From contig NC_043006.1 of NCBI RefSeq assembly GCF_006345805.1, forward strand, positions 34,720,001 through 34,784,000: 64,000 nt of DNA, written 5' to 3'. The notes below the pieces were generated by a model. The model did no database searches. It was not told where the DNA came from and saw only the letters and a program-made list of their open reading frames with translations. The stretch is from Octopus sinensis (taxonomy: Eukaryota). Below are positions 26,455-38,760 of the stretch, piece by piece. The position numbers were made by a program, and so were the translations under genes. Numbering within the stretch: the stretch's first letter is position 1; every line of letters starts with the position of its first letter.

Positions 26455-27412
26455 GTAAATCGCTGCTCCCACACCACAGCTGAAGCCTTTGATGGATACA
26501 ACCTTGAAAAGGAATCACTAAACGCTGCTTTTCTTCGGGGATTACAGAAAGCTAAGCTAAGGTTAACTTAACGACTGCAACGCAGCCGACATGATACTCA
26601 CACAACAACTTTGCCTGCCGACAAGAAATATTCTATTGCTTTGCCGATCATTAATGACTCCCAATATAATATAGAATGCAATACCCTATCGATGACGGCA
26701 GGAGAAGACTTGTAGCTGCCGGTAGCTCAGATTACAAGCAATTTAGTTCCGTCCTGGCCTGTTTTTTTGTTACTTCCAAAGCGCAACAACTTATCGTTCT
26801 TGGGCCTTCTAACCACCACTCCTTTCACGTTCCCTATATGGCGTCTTTTATTGCTTAAGTAGAACGGTCTATATATAATGTTCTAACTGAAAGGGAGAGG
26901 GAAGGAGGGATATGTATATAACGGGTCCTCCACATTCACCCGACTGCAAACTTTCTCTAAGGTGTGCCTATACCTGAGGTTATGTAGAAGACACATTGCC
27001 AAGAGGCTAGTGTAGGATCGAACAAGAAAACACGCAGTTACAAAGTGAATTGTTTTTTGATCACACAACCATGCCTGCACCGAGTCAAGTAACATAAGTG
27101 AAATTATATTTAATGATTAAAGCATAAAATTGCTAAAATATGTTCAAATATTTGGTGGAAGTAAAGCAATGTTAATAAATAAATGATAACATTTTTATTG
27201 GGAGTTATAGGAAATGACACCGGAGTCGCTCTGTGATTTTATTCTTCTGAAGTTTCATCGACGAAGTGAAGCCTCTCAATAACCTGTCAATATATTACAG
27301 AGTGAATTGCTTACAAATGTAGTGAGCTTGTCTAAATTGAATACTGATTTTGTTGGTGCAGATTACAGAAAATATTGCGATATTTCATTTGTACAAAATG
27401 CCGTTCATATGT

Positions 27413-27712
27413 GGAGGCGCAATGGTCCAGTGGTTAGGGCAGTGGACTTGCGGTCGTAGGATCGCGGCTTCGATTCCCAAGCCGGGCGTTGTGAGTGTTT
27501 ATTGAGCGAAAACACCTGCTCCGGCAGGGGGTGGTGGCGATCCCTGCTGTACTCTTTCGCCACAACTTTCTCTCACTCTTTCTTCTGTTGGCCTGCTCGC
27601 CTAGCCAGCGGGGTGGCGTCATTTTGAAGGCTAAAACAATTCGAAGCGCATTGTGACGAACGATGTGTAGCAACATCTGATAGCCTGGTCGGTCACGGTA
27701 ATCACGGTGAGG
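27413..27712 (+). mobile_element. SINE family C with alternative tail
   Basis: GGAGGCGCAATGGTCCAGTGG head; tail GGCCTGCTCGCCTAGCCAGC...GGTCGGTCACG differs from the 52001-52376 copy. Confidence 0.85.
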
Positions 27713-28080
27713 ATTATTAGGCAATGAGTTGAAAATGAAAGCAAACTTAATTATTAAGTCATGCAATAGAAGAAAATAATTTTATTCTTCAACTAATATT
27801 TTCTAGAAGACCACTGAGACTGAGGCACCCCTTAGCTTTTGTTAAAGTGTGTCTCTAGAAGATGCTTCAAACCCAGGCTACAATAAATTGAAACGACACA
27901 CAAACGCATGCGTCCTAAAATCCAGAGACGTCATTCACGGCTCAATATTCGTTTCACACTTGCCTAGGACGAGAAAAATTTTATTCTGCGACTATTTCTG
28001 CTGCGAAAGGTCTTGTCACGTCCGAATGAAAACTTTATACGAATATAAATATACATGTATGTGTATATATATATTTATAA

Positions 28081-28191
<111 letters not shown>

Positions 28192-28387
28192 TTGAGAGAG
28201 AGCAAAATAGAGTGCATAAGATCTTTATATACTGTGTCTGTGTTTGTGTTTATATATGCCGGTGAAATTATGTACTTTGAGTTACATATATGTATAACCA
28301 TGCGATAAAGACCAACGGAGGATCCCATGTGATCAGTTAAACAGAAAGTCGTGGCAGTGCCTAATCACAATGTAATAAGAGAACTAG

Positions 28388-28428
<41 letters not shown>

Positions 28429-28643
28429 ATATCAGGGTAGCAAAAAATTCAAGAGAAATTTTTCGCCACCAGCGGTCCAGTGAGAAAGAAAAAATAGTCA
28501 ACAGACTATATAATATACATTCAACAATATTAAGGAATGGCCTTGATAGGCCATTCGACCAACTAGAAAGAGCAGCTAAACTCAAACCGCTAAATAGTTG
28601 TAATTCAGAAACCAAAGGAAAATAAAAACATTTACCCTTATCA

Positions 28644-28741
28644 TCTTTGGATTATACATAGTTTCGACATACATATTGGCAAACCAATTTAATTAAATTA
28701 AATTAAATCTATTTGCCACTGGCCTGTCTCGTCAGCAAAGA
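28644..28741 (-). ncRNA. Type I hammerhead, stem III altered (AUC site)
   Basis: UCUUUG-CUGACGA-GACA..UGUC-GAAAC-UAUGUAUA-AUC^CAAAGA. Confidence 0.75.
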
Positions 28742-28926
28742 AGCCAGGGAAATATATATCCACGGGGCGACAGCATCGGACGCCTCGAGAATATATATTC
28801 TAAATTTTCAAAATCTACTGTCATCGCGCCAAATTCTCAGCAGCAAATATAAACTGCTGAAAATTTAGAATATATATTCTCGAGGCGTCGATGCTGTCGC
28901 CTCGTGGATATATATTTCCCCTGGCT

Positions 28927-29024
28927 TCTTTGCTGACGAGACAGGCCAGTGGCAAATAGATTTAATTTAATTTAATTAAATCGGTTTGCCAATATGTATG
29001 TCGAAACTATGCATAGTCCAAAGA
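28927..29024 (+). ncRNA. Canonical type I hammerhead with extended stem II
   Basis: UCUUUG-CUGACGA-GAC[57 nt]GUC-GAAAC-UAUGCAUA-GUC^CAAAGA; predicted cleavage after C29018; 12-nt palindrome ACUAUGCAUAGU. Confidence 0.92.
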
Positions 29025-29396
29025 TGATAAGGGTTAATGTTTTTATTTTCCTTTGGTTTCTGAATTACAACTATTTAGCGGTTTGAGTTTAGCTGCTCTT
29101 TCTAGTTGGTCGAATGGCCTATCAAGGCCATTCCTTAATATTGTTGAATGTATATTATATAGTCTGTTGACTATTTTTTCTTTCTCATTGGACCGCTGGT
29201 GGCGAAAAATTTCTCTTGAAGTTTTTGCTACCCTGATATTGATTAATTAATGATTTTTTGGCTAATTTTGAAATTAAATCAGCAGTTTATATTTGCTGCT
29301 GAAAATTTGGCGCGATGACGGTAGATTTTGAAAATTTAGAATATATATTCTCGAGGCGTCGATGCTGTCGCCTCGTGGATATATATTTCCCTGGCT

Positions 29397-29494
29397 TCTT
29401 TACTGCCGAGACAGGCCAGTGGCAAATAAATTTAATTTAATTTAATTTAATTGGTTTGCCAATATGTATGTCGAAACTATGCATAGTCCAAAGA
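29397..29494 (+). ncRNA. Type I hammerhead, core mutated (CUGCCGA)
   Basis: Same motif 470 nt downstream, with A6C and one stem I change. Confidence 0.75.
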
Positions 29495-29765
29495 TGATAA
29501 GGGTAAATGCTTTTATTTTCCTTTGGTTTCTGAATTACAACTATTTAGCGGTTTGAGTTTGGCTGCTCTTTCTAGAGGGTCGAATGGCCTATCAAGGCCA
29601 TTCCTTAATATTGTTGAATATATATATATATTGGTAGAGCAAAAATACAGATCCAGATGAATATGGTACTTAAGTTAAAGGCACCAGAATTTGTTATGGT
29701 ATTATCCATAGAAATCAAATGGAGTGATTATAATCAAAATAAGCAACAAGGATATCCAAAGGTAG

Positions 29766-29853
29766 TCTAGTACAATCGTTTCATGCTACTTAATTTAATT
29801 AAACAATGTAAGTATTACATCAGTTTTAAAATGTAGAGCACTCTTCAGCCACA
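29766..29853 (-). ncRNA. Type I hammerhead, extended stem II
   Basis: UGUGG-CUGAAGA-GUGCU..AGCAU-GAAAC-GAUU-GUA^CUAGA. Confidence 0.65.
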
Positions 29854-29910
29854 TATGGAATTTTGTTTTAATTAAATTGACAATGTTCATTTTTATACTT
29901 AAATTCCATA

Positions 29911-29998
29911 TGTTGCTGAAGAGTGCTCAACATTTTTAAACTGGTGTAATACTTACATTGTTTAATTAAATGAAGTAGCATGAAACGATTGTACTACA
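29911..29998 (+). ncRNA. Type I hammerhead, extended stem II
   Basis: UGUUG-CUGAAGA-GUGCU[49 nt]AGCAU-GAAAC-GAUU-GUA^CUACA; one U-U in stem I; predicted cleavage after A29993. Confidence 0.72.
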
Positions 29999-30033
29999 CT
30001 AACTTTGGATATCCTTGTTGCTTATTTTGATTA

Positions 30034-31847
30034 TCTATATATATAAAACTGAGAATGTGTGTCTATATGTATCCCTAAAACTTGAGAACTACACAACCAA
30101 TTTCATTCGAATTTTACACATGCCTTACTTAGGGTCCAGAGAGTGTCATGGGCAAAATATTTTCTAACTTCTTGCCTAGGGTGAGCCTACAGCAATATCA
30201 TATCTTCACTATTTCAGTGTTACGTGTTAAAAGTGAAACAAAAACATCTCTCTATTGTAATGTCAGATACTTTCACTTTAATACTGAAACTATTAAAGTC
30301 AAACTATTATATAACAGGGATGAGCCATTAACATCCATTTTGCTAGAAGAAGATCCGCTATGGTCTTATATGCTACACCACTGGTTTTCAATTCATATTA
30401 ATCAAATTAATATTCAATTTCTCAAACTCATTATTTTAAATTTAAATTTAAACCCAGGACCATGTGTTTTGGAACGAAGTTTGTTACCACGCATCCACAC
30501 CTGCACCTATGTATGAGTGTGTGTGTGTTTATGTGTGTATAGCTGTATATGTATACATTTCTTTCTATACATATAGACGTATATGTATACATGTATATGT
30601 GTAGATGTATATATATATATATAGATGTACATGTAACATGTACACATATATATTCACATATATACATGCATACATATATACACCAAATTCATATAATTTT
30701 GCTGTTGATGAAATTTTAACCATAGATATTTGATACAAATGAAGTAATATTTATAAAATTTCATCTTCTTACAAGCTAGTAATACCCCTTCATGCGGACT
30801 TAACACTAACAATTTTGTCATTTCATCTAAGCAAAGACGAATAGTTGTACTCTTGGAAGCCGTGGGGTCATCCGAGCACAGAAGATGAGCATTATTTGTA
30901 ATTCAATGGTACAACAGTGTAAGAGTTTGTTTTGACATACACTTACGTTGTGATTTCTGCAATGTGCTGCATAAATTGTCAAGTAAATGAGAGGCATCTT
31001 TGCTTCCACTGATTCAGTTGCAAAGTGTTGAGTAAAGTTATTTGATTGCAGATCTCCTTTCGGTCTTTTTATTATCACTGGGTCACACATAGTCCCCACA
31101 TGGTAACATTGATTTCAAGGCCTTCCCAGATGAGTGACTGGTTATTCAAAGACATTTATAGATTGTATATTTATTCTGTCCAGTTACGTATCAGTATAGT
31201 GGTCATTTGCAAACTCCAACTTTCATTTCTCCTTAGCCCTCACGTCACACAGTTGTTAATGTTTATTTCAGTCGGGTCACGCCCTTCCAATTGCTATAGA
31301 TTCGTAATGCATCTTACGGCTGTACCTGTCACCTGCTTAGTGAGGAATACTACATTGGGAGTGGTAACGACAAGGGTACTGTAGCTGACTGCTTATTGTG
31401 ATCATTCGTCTTTTGGTTTCCTGTAGCTTTGCTCTCTTTTACAAACCCAGTGAACATATATTTCCTATTTCAAAGAAATTCAAACAATAGTTATCAGACC
31501 CAAGTTAAACAATTCAACTTCTCTGGTTGACATTAAGATGCCCACCCCCAATAGGGGCGTTAACTCTCACATTTTAGAGCTCCATGATCTCCATTTTTCA
31601 GGAGCAAAATCCTTTTAACAGGTTCTATAAGACTGGAATTTTGGAATATGCGCATAAAAATCAGTAGTATGGGATACATGTGGCACGATTACAACTTTGT
31701 TTGGGTGTGTAAAGAGGGAAATCACCCTCATCTGCAATTTTGATGAAATTCGAAACATAGATATTCCAGTTCATTAGAGAAAATATAACAGAAAAGTCTA
31801 ATTCTTCAATTGTATGTAACTCGGGCAACGCCGGGTAACTCTGCTAG
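30034..31847 (+). mobile_element. Non-autonomous Helitron, 1814 bp, with internal cargo
   Basis: A|TCTATATATATAAAACTGAGAATGTGTGTC start; 3' hairpin CTCGGGCAACGCCGGG followed by CTAG|T. Confidence 0.85.
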
Positions 31848-32149
31848 TTACATATATATATATATGTATATATGTATATATATATATAATATATATATAT
31901 ATATACATGTAATATATGCATGTATATAGCAGGAATTCCAACCACGTTCCGTGGTTAGCTACCTCAACAGCTCTTTTATAGGATCCAGTGGCTAAAGGCA
32001 TCATCACGGGGAACCATGTCCGGTTTCGGCCCCTACTCCTCTACCATTTTCGACCTGACAGGACCCTTCCTTTCGAAGGTGTCTTCAGCGCTGGTGCTTC
32101 GTGCTTTTCTTCTTTCCCCGCCTTTTCTATATACACACATACAATATCT

Positions 32150-32440
32150 TGTAGGACAAGATATTGTGATAGCCTGGGCTTCAGAGGCCCACGGCTCTTC
32201 AATATCCTCCCGAAGAACCTGAGAGACCTACATGGTGTAGATGCGGATGTCTTTAAAGTAGGACTGGATCTCTTCCTGTCAGGTGTCCCGGATGAACCAA
32301 CTTCACGGCAGGAGGTGCAGATGAGGGCAGCTGCATCGAACTCTCTCATGCATCAGATGGCGTTTGCTAAAAAGCATCCGTGAGGTAAAATCGTGTAGCA
32401 AACCAAATTAGCTGAAACTGGAAAAATCAAAATCAAAATC
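32150..32440 (+). pseudogene. 3' end of a CR1-group LINE ORF2 plus UTR
   Basis: SLGFRGPRLFNILPKNLRDL...FKVGLDLFLSGVPDEP...RAAASNSL; (AAAATC)n tail. Confidence 0.75.
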
Positions 32441-32520
32441 AAAATCAATCATATATACATATACATGTGTATATATATATATATGTATATATAAGTGTGT
32501 GCCTGTATATATATATATAT

Positions 32521-32644
32521 ATATTGGCCTGCTCGCTTAGCCAGCAGGGTGGCGTCATTCGAAGGCTAAAACAATGCGAACGCATTGTGACCAGCGATGT
32601 GTAACATCTGGTGGTCTGGTCGGTCACGTGATCGGTCACGTGGT

Positions 32645-32650
<6 letters not shown>
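32521..32650 (+). mobile_element. Tail-only copy matching the 27590-27712 tail
   Basis: GGCCTGCTCGCTTAGCCAGC...GGTCGGTCACGTGA. Confidence 0.75.
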
Positions 32651-32716
<66 letters not shown>

Positions 32717-33208
32717 ACACAGATATATATGTGTTTGTGTGGGTATAAGCATACAGAAAGAGAGATGAGAGAGAAAGAGGTTGTACTCCAACATGTCTGT
32801 ATCAGTATTTATGGATTAAAAACTAGATCAATACATACACACACATGCACACGAACTCACACACTCACACACGCACACACACAAATACACCCACCCATCA
32901 ACACACATCTAAAAAAAATATACAGTATAAACAAAGTTTTCATATGATTATGTACAATAATATTTTTTCATAAAACAAATAAAACACAAGTACAAATGAA
33001 TTCAAAAACAATATAAAACAACATATTTCTATCATAAAAAAAAACATATGACTCACTAAATTCAAATACAACGCGCATAATGTAGAAAGGACAACATAAA
33101 TACACAGAAATCCATATAAATCTACATGTAACAGAAAATATTTTCTCCATATTCTTTTTAGAACAGCTAAGACTCTGCTTAAGACGATTATAAAAAGACT
33201 CAAAAGCT

Positions 33209-33282
<74 letters not shown>

Positions 33283-33643
33283 TACATAAGGGGCAAGGAG
33301 AGAATGCTTACAATCCTTATGTAGAAAAGATCCGTACGAGCTCCATGTGATTGTAGCTTGAATAAATCAATAAAATTGAAGAATTCCCTTTGTAATCTAG
33401 GTCGTTGTATTGCTTGACTGCTTTGGTGCTTTGCAGATCTTACATCGGAATCCAGTCGTTGTTGCTTAGAATTAAAGTATTTAGGAATTACGCACTGGAT
33501 TCCAATGTGTAGGTGACACGAGGAATGGATTCCCATGCAAGCGTGTGCTTATTATTCATATGACAAAGACATTCGTTGCACTAATACAACGTAAACATAC
33601 ATGCATACCATGCGTATATATGTGTATACACACACACACATAC

Positions 33644-33695
<52 letters not shown>

Positions 33696-33709
33696 ACATA
33701 TATATATAT

Positions 33710-34055
<346 letters not shown>

Positions 34056-34065
34056 GTAAACATTA

Positions 34066-34271
34066 CTTTATATAATTAGGGTTCAGCAAAAAAAATTGCT
34101 TTGCCACAAAGCAAATTTTTCCTTCTATACCTACGTGAATTGTTTTTGAGTATACATTGTCTGGGAGATTCTTCTTATAGTAAAAGAAATAGCTAAATTC
34201 TTTGGCTGCAATTTCTAAAGGTTCGGTATGTAGCAAAGCAAATGTTTTTGCTGAACCCTAATTATATAAAG
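34066..34271. mobile_element. 206-bp MITE with 27-bp perfect TIR
   Basis: CTTTATATAATTAGGGTTCAGCAAAAA (34066-34092) and its reverse complement (34245-34271); no clear TSD. Confidence 0.75.
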
Positions 34272-34294
34272 CAACATATATATATATATATATA

Positions 34295-34689
34295 TTCTTT
34301 TATTCTTTTACTTGTTTCAGTCATTTTGACTGCGGCCATGCTGGAGCACCGCCTTTATTCGAACAAATCGAACCCAGGACTAATTCTTCGTAAACCTGCT
34401 ACCTATTCTATCGGACTCTTTTGCCGAACCGCTAAGTTACGGTGATGTAAACACACCAATATCGGTTGTCAAACGATGGTGAGGGGGCGGACAAGCACAG
34501 AAACACAAATATATATATGTACATATATATACAAGATGGGCTTCTCTCGGTTTCCGCCAACCAAATCCGCTCACAAGGCTTTGGTCGGCTTGAGGCTATA
34601 GTAGAAGACACTTGGCCAAGTTGCCACGCCGTGGGTCTGAACCCGGAATCATGTGGTTGGGAAGCAAGCTTCTTACCACACACCTACGC

Positions 34690-34690
<1 letters not shown>
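34295..34690 (-). mobile_element. SINE family B, full length
   Basis: Full match to 10590-10991. Confidence 0.85.
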
Positions 34691-34738
<48 letters not shown>

Positions 34739-34739
34739 A

Positions 34740-34774
<35 letters not shown>

Positions 34775-34816
34775 AAGAGATAGAGCTGAAGACAGTTTTG
34801 TGTGTGTGTGTGTGTA

Positions 34817-35687
34817 TAGGCCACGATGGATAAATTGTCGCCATTTTAAATTCTTAATTTGGCGCATGCGCATTGATTTTGTTTATGATTTTGTCAACTA
34901 CACAGCATAGTGTGTGAGACAAAGAGCACCTTGAGCCAATTCACTCAGCCAGAAATTTGGAAACGGCATGCTGTACTGCTTGCCATTCGCGCCGGAAGCT
35001 CCAGTACGAACATCTCAGAATGTTTCAGTGTAAATCTGAAGAGAGTGCAATCCGAGAACATTTACCGATGGTGATAAAAATCAAACATCAAGCAAACAAT
35101 TTGGTGTTTGGAGTGATCACTAGTGATGGCGTCGTTATGCCTCCAATCATCTTCCCACACAGTCTTACACTCAACACGGAGGCCTACAGAAAGTGCCTGG
35201 AGGCGGTAGTGCTGCCCTGGGTGAAGAGGGTGGCTGTTGGAAGACGCTATGTTTGGCAACAAGACTCTGCACCATGCTACACAAATAGGAGAACCCAGTC
35301 ATGGCTGTCAGTCAATTTGGGCGACCACATCACCCCTAACATCTGGCCACCTAACTCCCCAGACTGTAACCCCCTTGATTATTATGTGTGGGGCGCAGTT
35401 GAGCGAGAGACCAACGAAACTCATTGTAACACCAAAGAGGAACTGAAGGCAAGGATTACGATAGCAATGACCAACTTAAACAAGGAGACCGTTCATAAGA
35501 GTTTCAGGAGATTCCGAAGTCACCTAGAGGCCGTGGTTGAAGCCAATGGTGATTTTATTGAATAAATGTACTCTTTCATATTTCAATATATTTTTCTATA
35601 ATTTTGGTAAATATATGTTAAAAATGAGATACCAGTGTTATTTTTATTTTTGCCTAATTTAGACGACAGTTTATTCACCGTCCCCTG
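34817..35687 (+). mobile_element. maT (DD37D) transposon, internally deleted
   Basis: QQDSAPC...SPDCNPLDYYVWG with 37 aa between catalytic D residues; 24-bp degenerate TIRs with TA flanks. Confidence 0.9.
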
Positions 35688-35691
35688 TATG

Positions 35692-35754
<63 letters not shown>

Positions 35755-35860
35755 GAGATATATTAGAAGACACTTGTCCAAGGTGCCACAGAATGGGACT
35801 GAACCCGGAACCATGTGGTTCGTAAGCAAGCTACTTACCACACAGCCACTCCTACGCCTA
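35755..35860 (-). mobile_element. SINE family B head fragment
   Basis: GAAGACACTTGTCCAAGG...CACAGCCACTCCTACGCC. Confidence 0.8.
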
Positions 35861-37701
35861 TTTTAGCAGTGCGTTGTTTTCATATTGAAGAGAATCTTTA
35901 CAAATTTTATTTTTAAATATATGTAGAAATAAACTTAAAACTGAAAACAACGCCCTGCTAACACAAAGTATGGTGCAGTATTGACTTATACGCCTTCAAT
36001 ATACTTGGTAGAATATCCCGATTACAAAAAAGAAATACGATGTCCCTACCAGCTGTTAATGTATATTGTAATATTAAATATGTTTTCAGCTCTCAATGCT
36101 GCAATACGTTTTGTAATAGCATTTTTAAGAGAAAAATAAAAACTATTTTACAAAATTTTGTATAGAGATTCATGAAGAAATAAGTATCTCCAAATATTTT
36201 TGGATTTTCATCTTTTAGCCTTCAAGGCAAATATCCGGTGTAAGACAGGAGCCATCAAAATTGTACAGAATGTGGATAACAGGATTGTTACGAAATATTC
36301 ATTATAATAAAAATTGTTAAAAAGTATTTAAAATATCATGATGAGTTGTTTTAGATTTGTTTAAGATTGAAACATAAAAGAAGATTCTTAAAATGTTTAA
36401 ATGAAACTTTAAACATCAATTGCTTTAATTACAATCTGGAGCGACAAGTTTCTCATGCTGATTTGATTTGTGTTAGATAAACCTTCAAAGAAAAAACATT
36501 TCATGTTAGTATGGATGACAAAAATTTTATTTTTCATTCTTTGCAAATAAGATACAACATTCTGAAAAATATTGAAGAAAGTTTTATATTTTATTCCTTT
36601 GCGAAGCAGTTTGAGAATGGAATCAGAAAGAAAAACTGGTTCTGCTGCAAAGCAAAAATGATATGCCAGTTCTAGATCTATTACGTGTATAGATAACAGA
36701 AGATAGAAACTCTTAATTCCCCAGGAAAGAAAACAAACCCTACAGCATTTGTCAAGTTTATTTAAAACTTCTGCAAACGAGAGTTGCTAGAAGGTATATC
36801 AAAAACAGTGAAAGATATTGGTTTTCCTCCGAAAAGATGCGCAGGAATTCTCTGCTAGCCAAGAATAACCTAAGGAACATATATTCGTTTCAATCAAGTT
36901 TGTTGGCTGAGACTGGTTTCCAAATGTCATTAAAGAAGAAAATCAAAATTTTAGTGTTGGAGTGATGTTCCAAAACGTTGCCTTTATAGAGTCGGTGAGT
37001 GCCTTGCAGCATCCCAGTTGCTCTATGTATAATCTTTGTCTTGGCACAACCCAAAATTGTAGAACTGTTTCAGGACAACCGCTCTCTCCGTTTCGAAATC
37101 TCTGCTGATATGTCATCCTCAGCGCATATCGATGAATATTCCGCCGCTGAGCTTCCGCGCATTGAGTGTTGACAGTTGATGGATCTTCTAACAAATGGAA
37201 TACACAAGAAGCAAAAAGGCAGATGCTTTGATTTGGAGAAAAGAAAAATGGAGCAAAGCATTATAACAAGTTACAGAGGTAATATATACGTTTGCCACCT
37301 ATACCCTATATTTCAAGGGTAGCTTTTTTCCAACCCATTAATAGGTGTGACTGTTCAACATGCACTCAGACTCTCTCCCTATCAACCTGGTAGTCCGGCC
37401 CAGTATCCCATTGTTTTATCTTCTGTTGAGAAGAGAAGGCTCTAACTAACTATAGTTAGTGTTGCCTCATATATATCATCTATGCTATCTATTCTCACAA
37501 TGATGTAAACTTGAATTCCATTTAATTACTCTATGTTGTCGAGGGTACTTTTTTCACAATTCATCGTTCACTCTGAATCAGAGATTTCTGGCAAATTCAT
37601 GGCCAGTTTTCATGGTCCAATCTCTTCATGTCGAGTTTCATAGCCTGACCCTTCAGTATAATACATACTACCAGCTAACATTTGTCTCTTTTAAATTGCA
37701 G

Positions 37702-37795
37702 GTTTCTTACCTTTGCCTTCTTCTCTCACTGACCCATGGAGATGGTATTCACGTTGAAATCCTCACTCGCAAACGCTACAATGATGTGACTCTTG
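37702..37795 (+). CDS. Weak candidate host exon
   Basis: TTGTCTCTTTTAAATTGCAG acceptor; open frame VSYLCLLLSLTHGDGIHVEILTRKRYNDVTL; weak donor GTTAAG. Confidence 0.2.
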
Positions 37796-38514
37796 GTTAA
37801 GACTACTTTTTTTAGATGAATCATTTTTTGCTGTTCTATATCGCCTGATGCGGAATATGAAAACTACGTCACCACAGACTTTTTTTAGACGCACACACGG
37901 ACGCACACATACATATATACATACATACATACATACACACATACATACATACATACATACATATATGCATACATACATTCATACATACATACATGCATAC
38001 ATGCATGCATACATACATACATACATACATACATACATACATACATACATACATACATACATACATTTATACATACATAGATGCATGTGTGTGTGTATGT
38101 GTGTGTGTGTGTGTCTATGTTAACATGTATACATCAATATAGCCAGCAGAGTGTATCATTCGAAAACTACAATATTAGAAAAGGCATTTTGTGACGGTCG
38201 TGTTACGATCTTTCTTTCCATGGGTTCCATAATATCCGGGAAGATTTTTCTGCCGTTCTGCTTTCTAATTGAGCAATATTTCTTACCTCCTTCATTTTCC
38301 TAACCGGTAACCAGTCAAATCTCCAGCTAACGCTGACAAAAAGGAAAGGAGAAAAATGCCATAAATTGTAGCATCATTGTTGCTATTCTCATTATTACTA
38401 TTGTTATTGCTGCAGGCGGCGCTACGGGATATAGTGCAATAGGCGATAATGGTTGTTCGAGCCATAGGGATCATTGCGCTCTAATCACTTCTGGCTTCCA
38501 TAGTCACTGTAGTA

Positions 38515-38760
38515 GTGATGATGTTGATGGTGGTGGTGGTCGTCGTGGTGGTGGTTGTGGTGATGAGGGTAAGAGTGATGGTAGTGGTGATGGTGGTGGT
38601 GGTGGTGGTGGTGGTGGTGGTGGTGGTGGTGGTTGTAGTGGTGGTGGTGGTGGTGGTGGTGGTGGTGGTTGTGGTGGTGGTGGTGGGGTGGTGGTGGTGG
38701 TGGTGGTGGTTTTAGTGATGGTGGCGGCGGTGGTGGCGGTGATGGTCGTGTCAGCTAATG
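38515..38760. repeat. (GGT)n microsatellite
   Basis: Direct reading. Confidence 0.95.

Larger units (their letters stand above)
28425..29619. mobile_element. Retrozyme/Penelope pLTR-like non-coding element: one inverted plus two tandem copies
   Basis: 386-bp arms 28425-28810 and 28858-29243; third copy 29279-29619; each carries the same HHR; no credible ORF. Confidence 0.9.
29730..30033. mobile_element. Inverted pLTR-like pair, second long-stem-II HHR family
   Basis: Arms 29730-29863 and 29901-30033, 37-bp spacer. Confidence 0.85.

Noticed and set aside
31240-31290. VYFSRVT resembling Helitron helicase motif VI
   Set aside because: Upstream TINKSQGQ motif absent; likely chance
33207-33536. 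109-aa minus-strand ORF
   Set aside because: No recognisable domain and it runs into (TA)n
36600-37270. Possible decayed transposase-like coding region
   Set aside because: Multiple stops in all frames and no motif assignable with confidence
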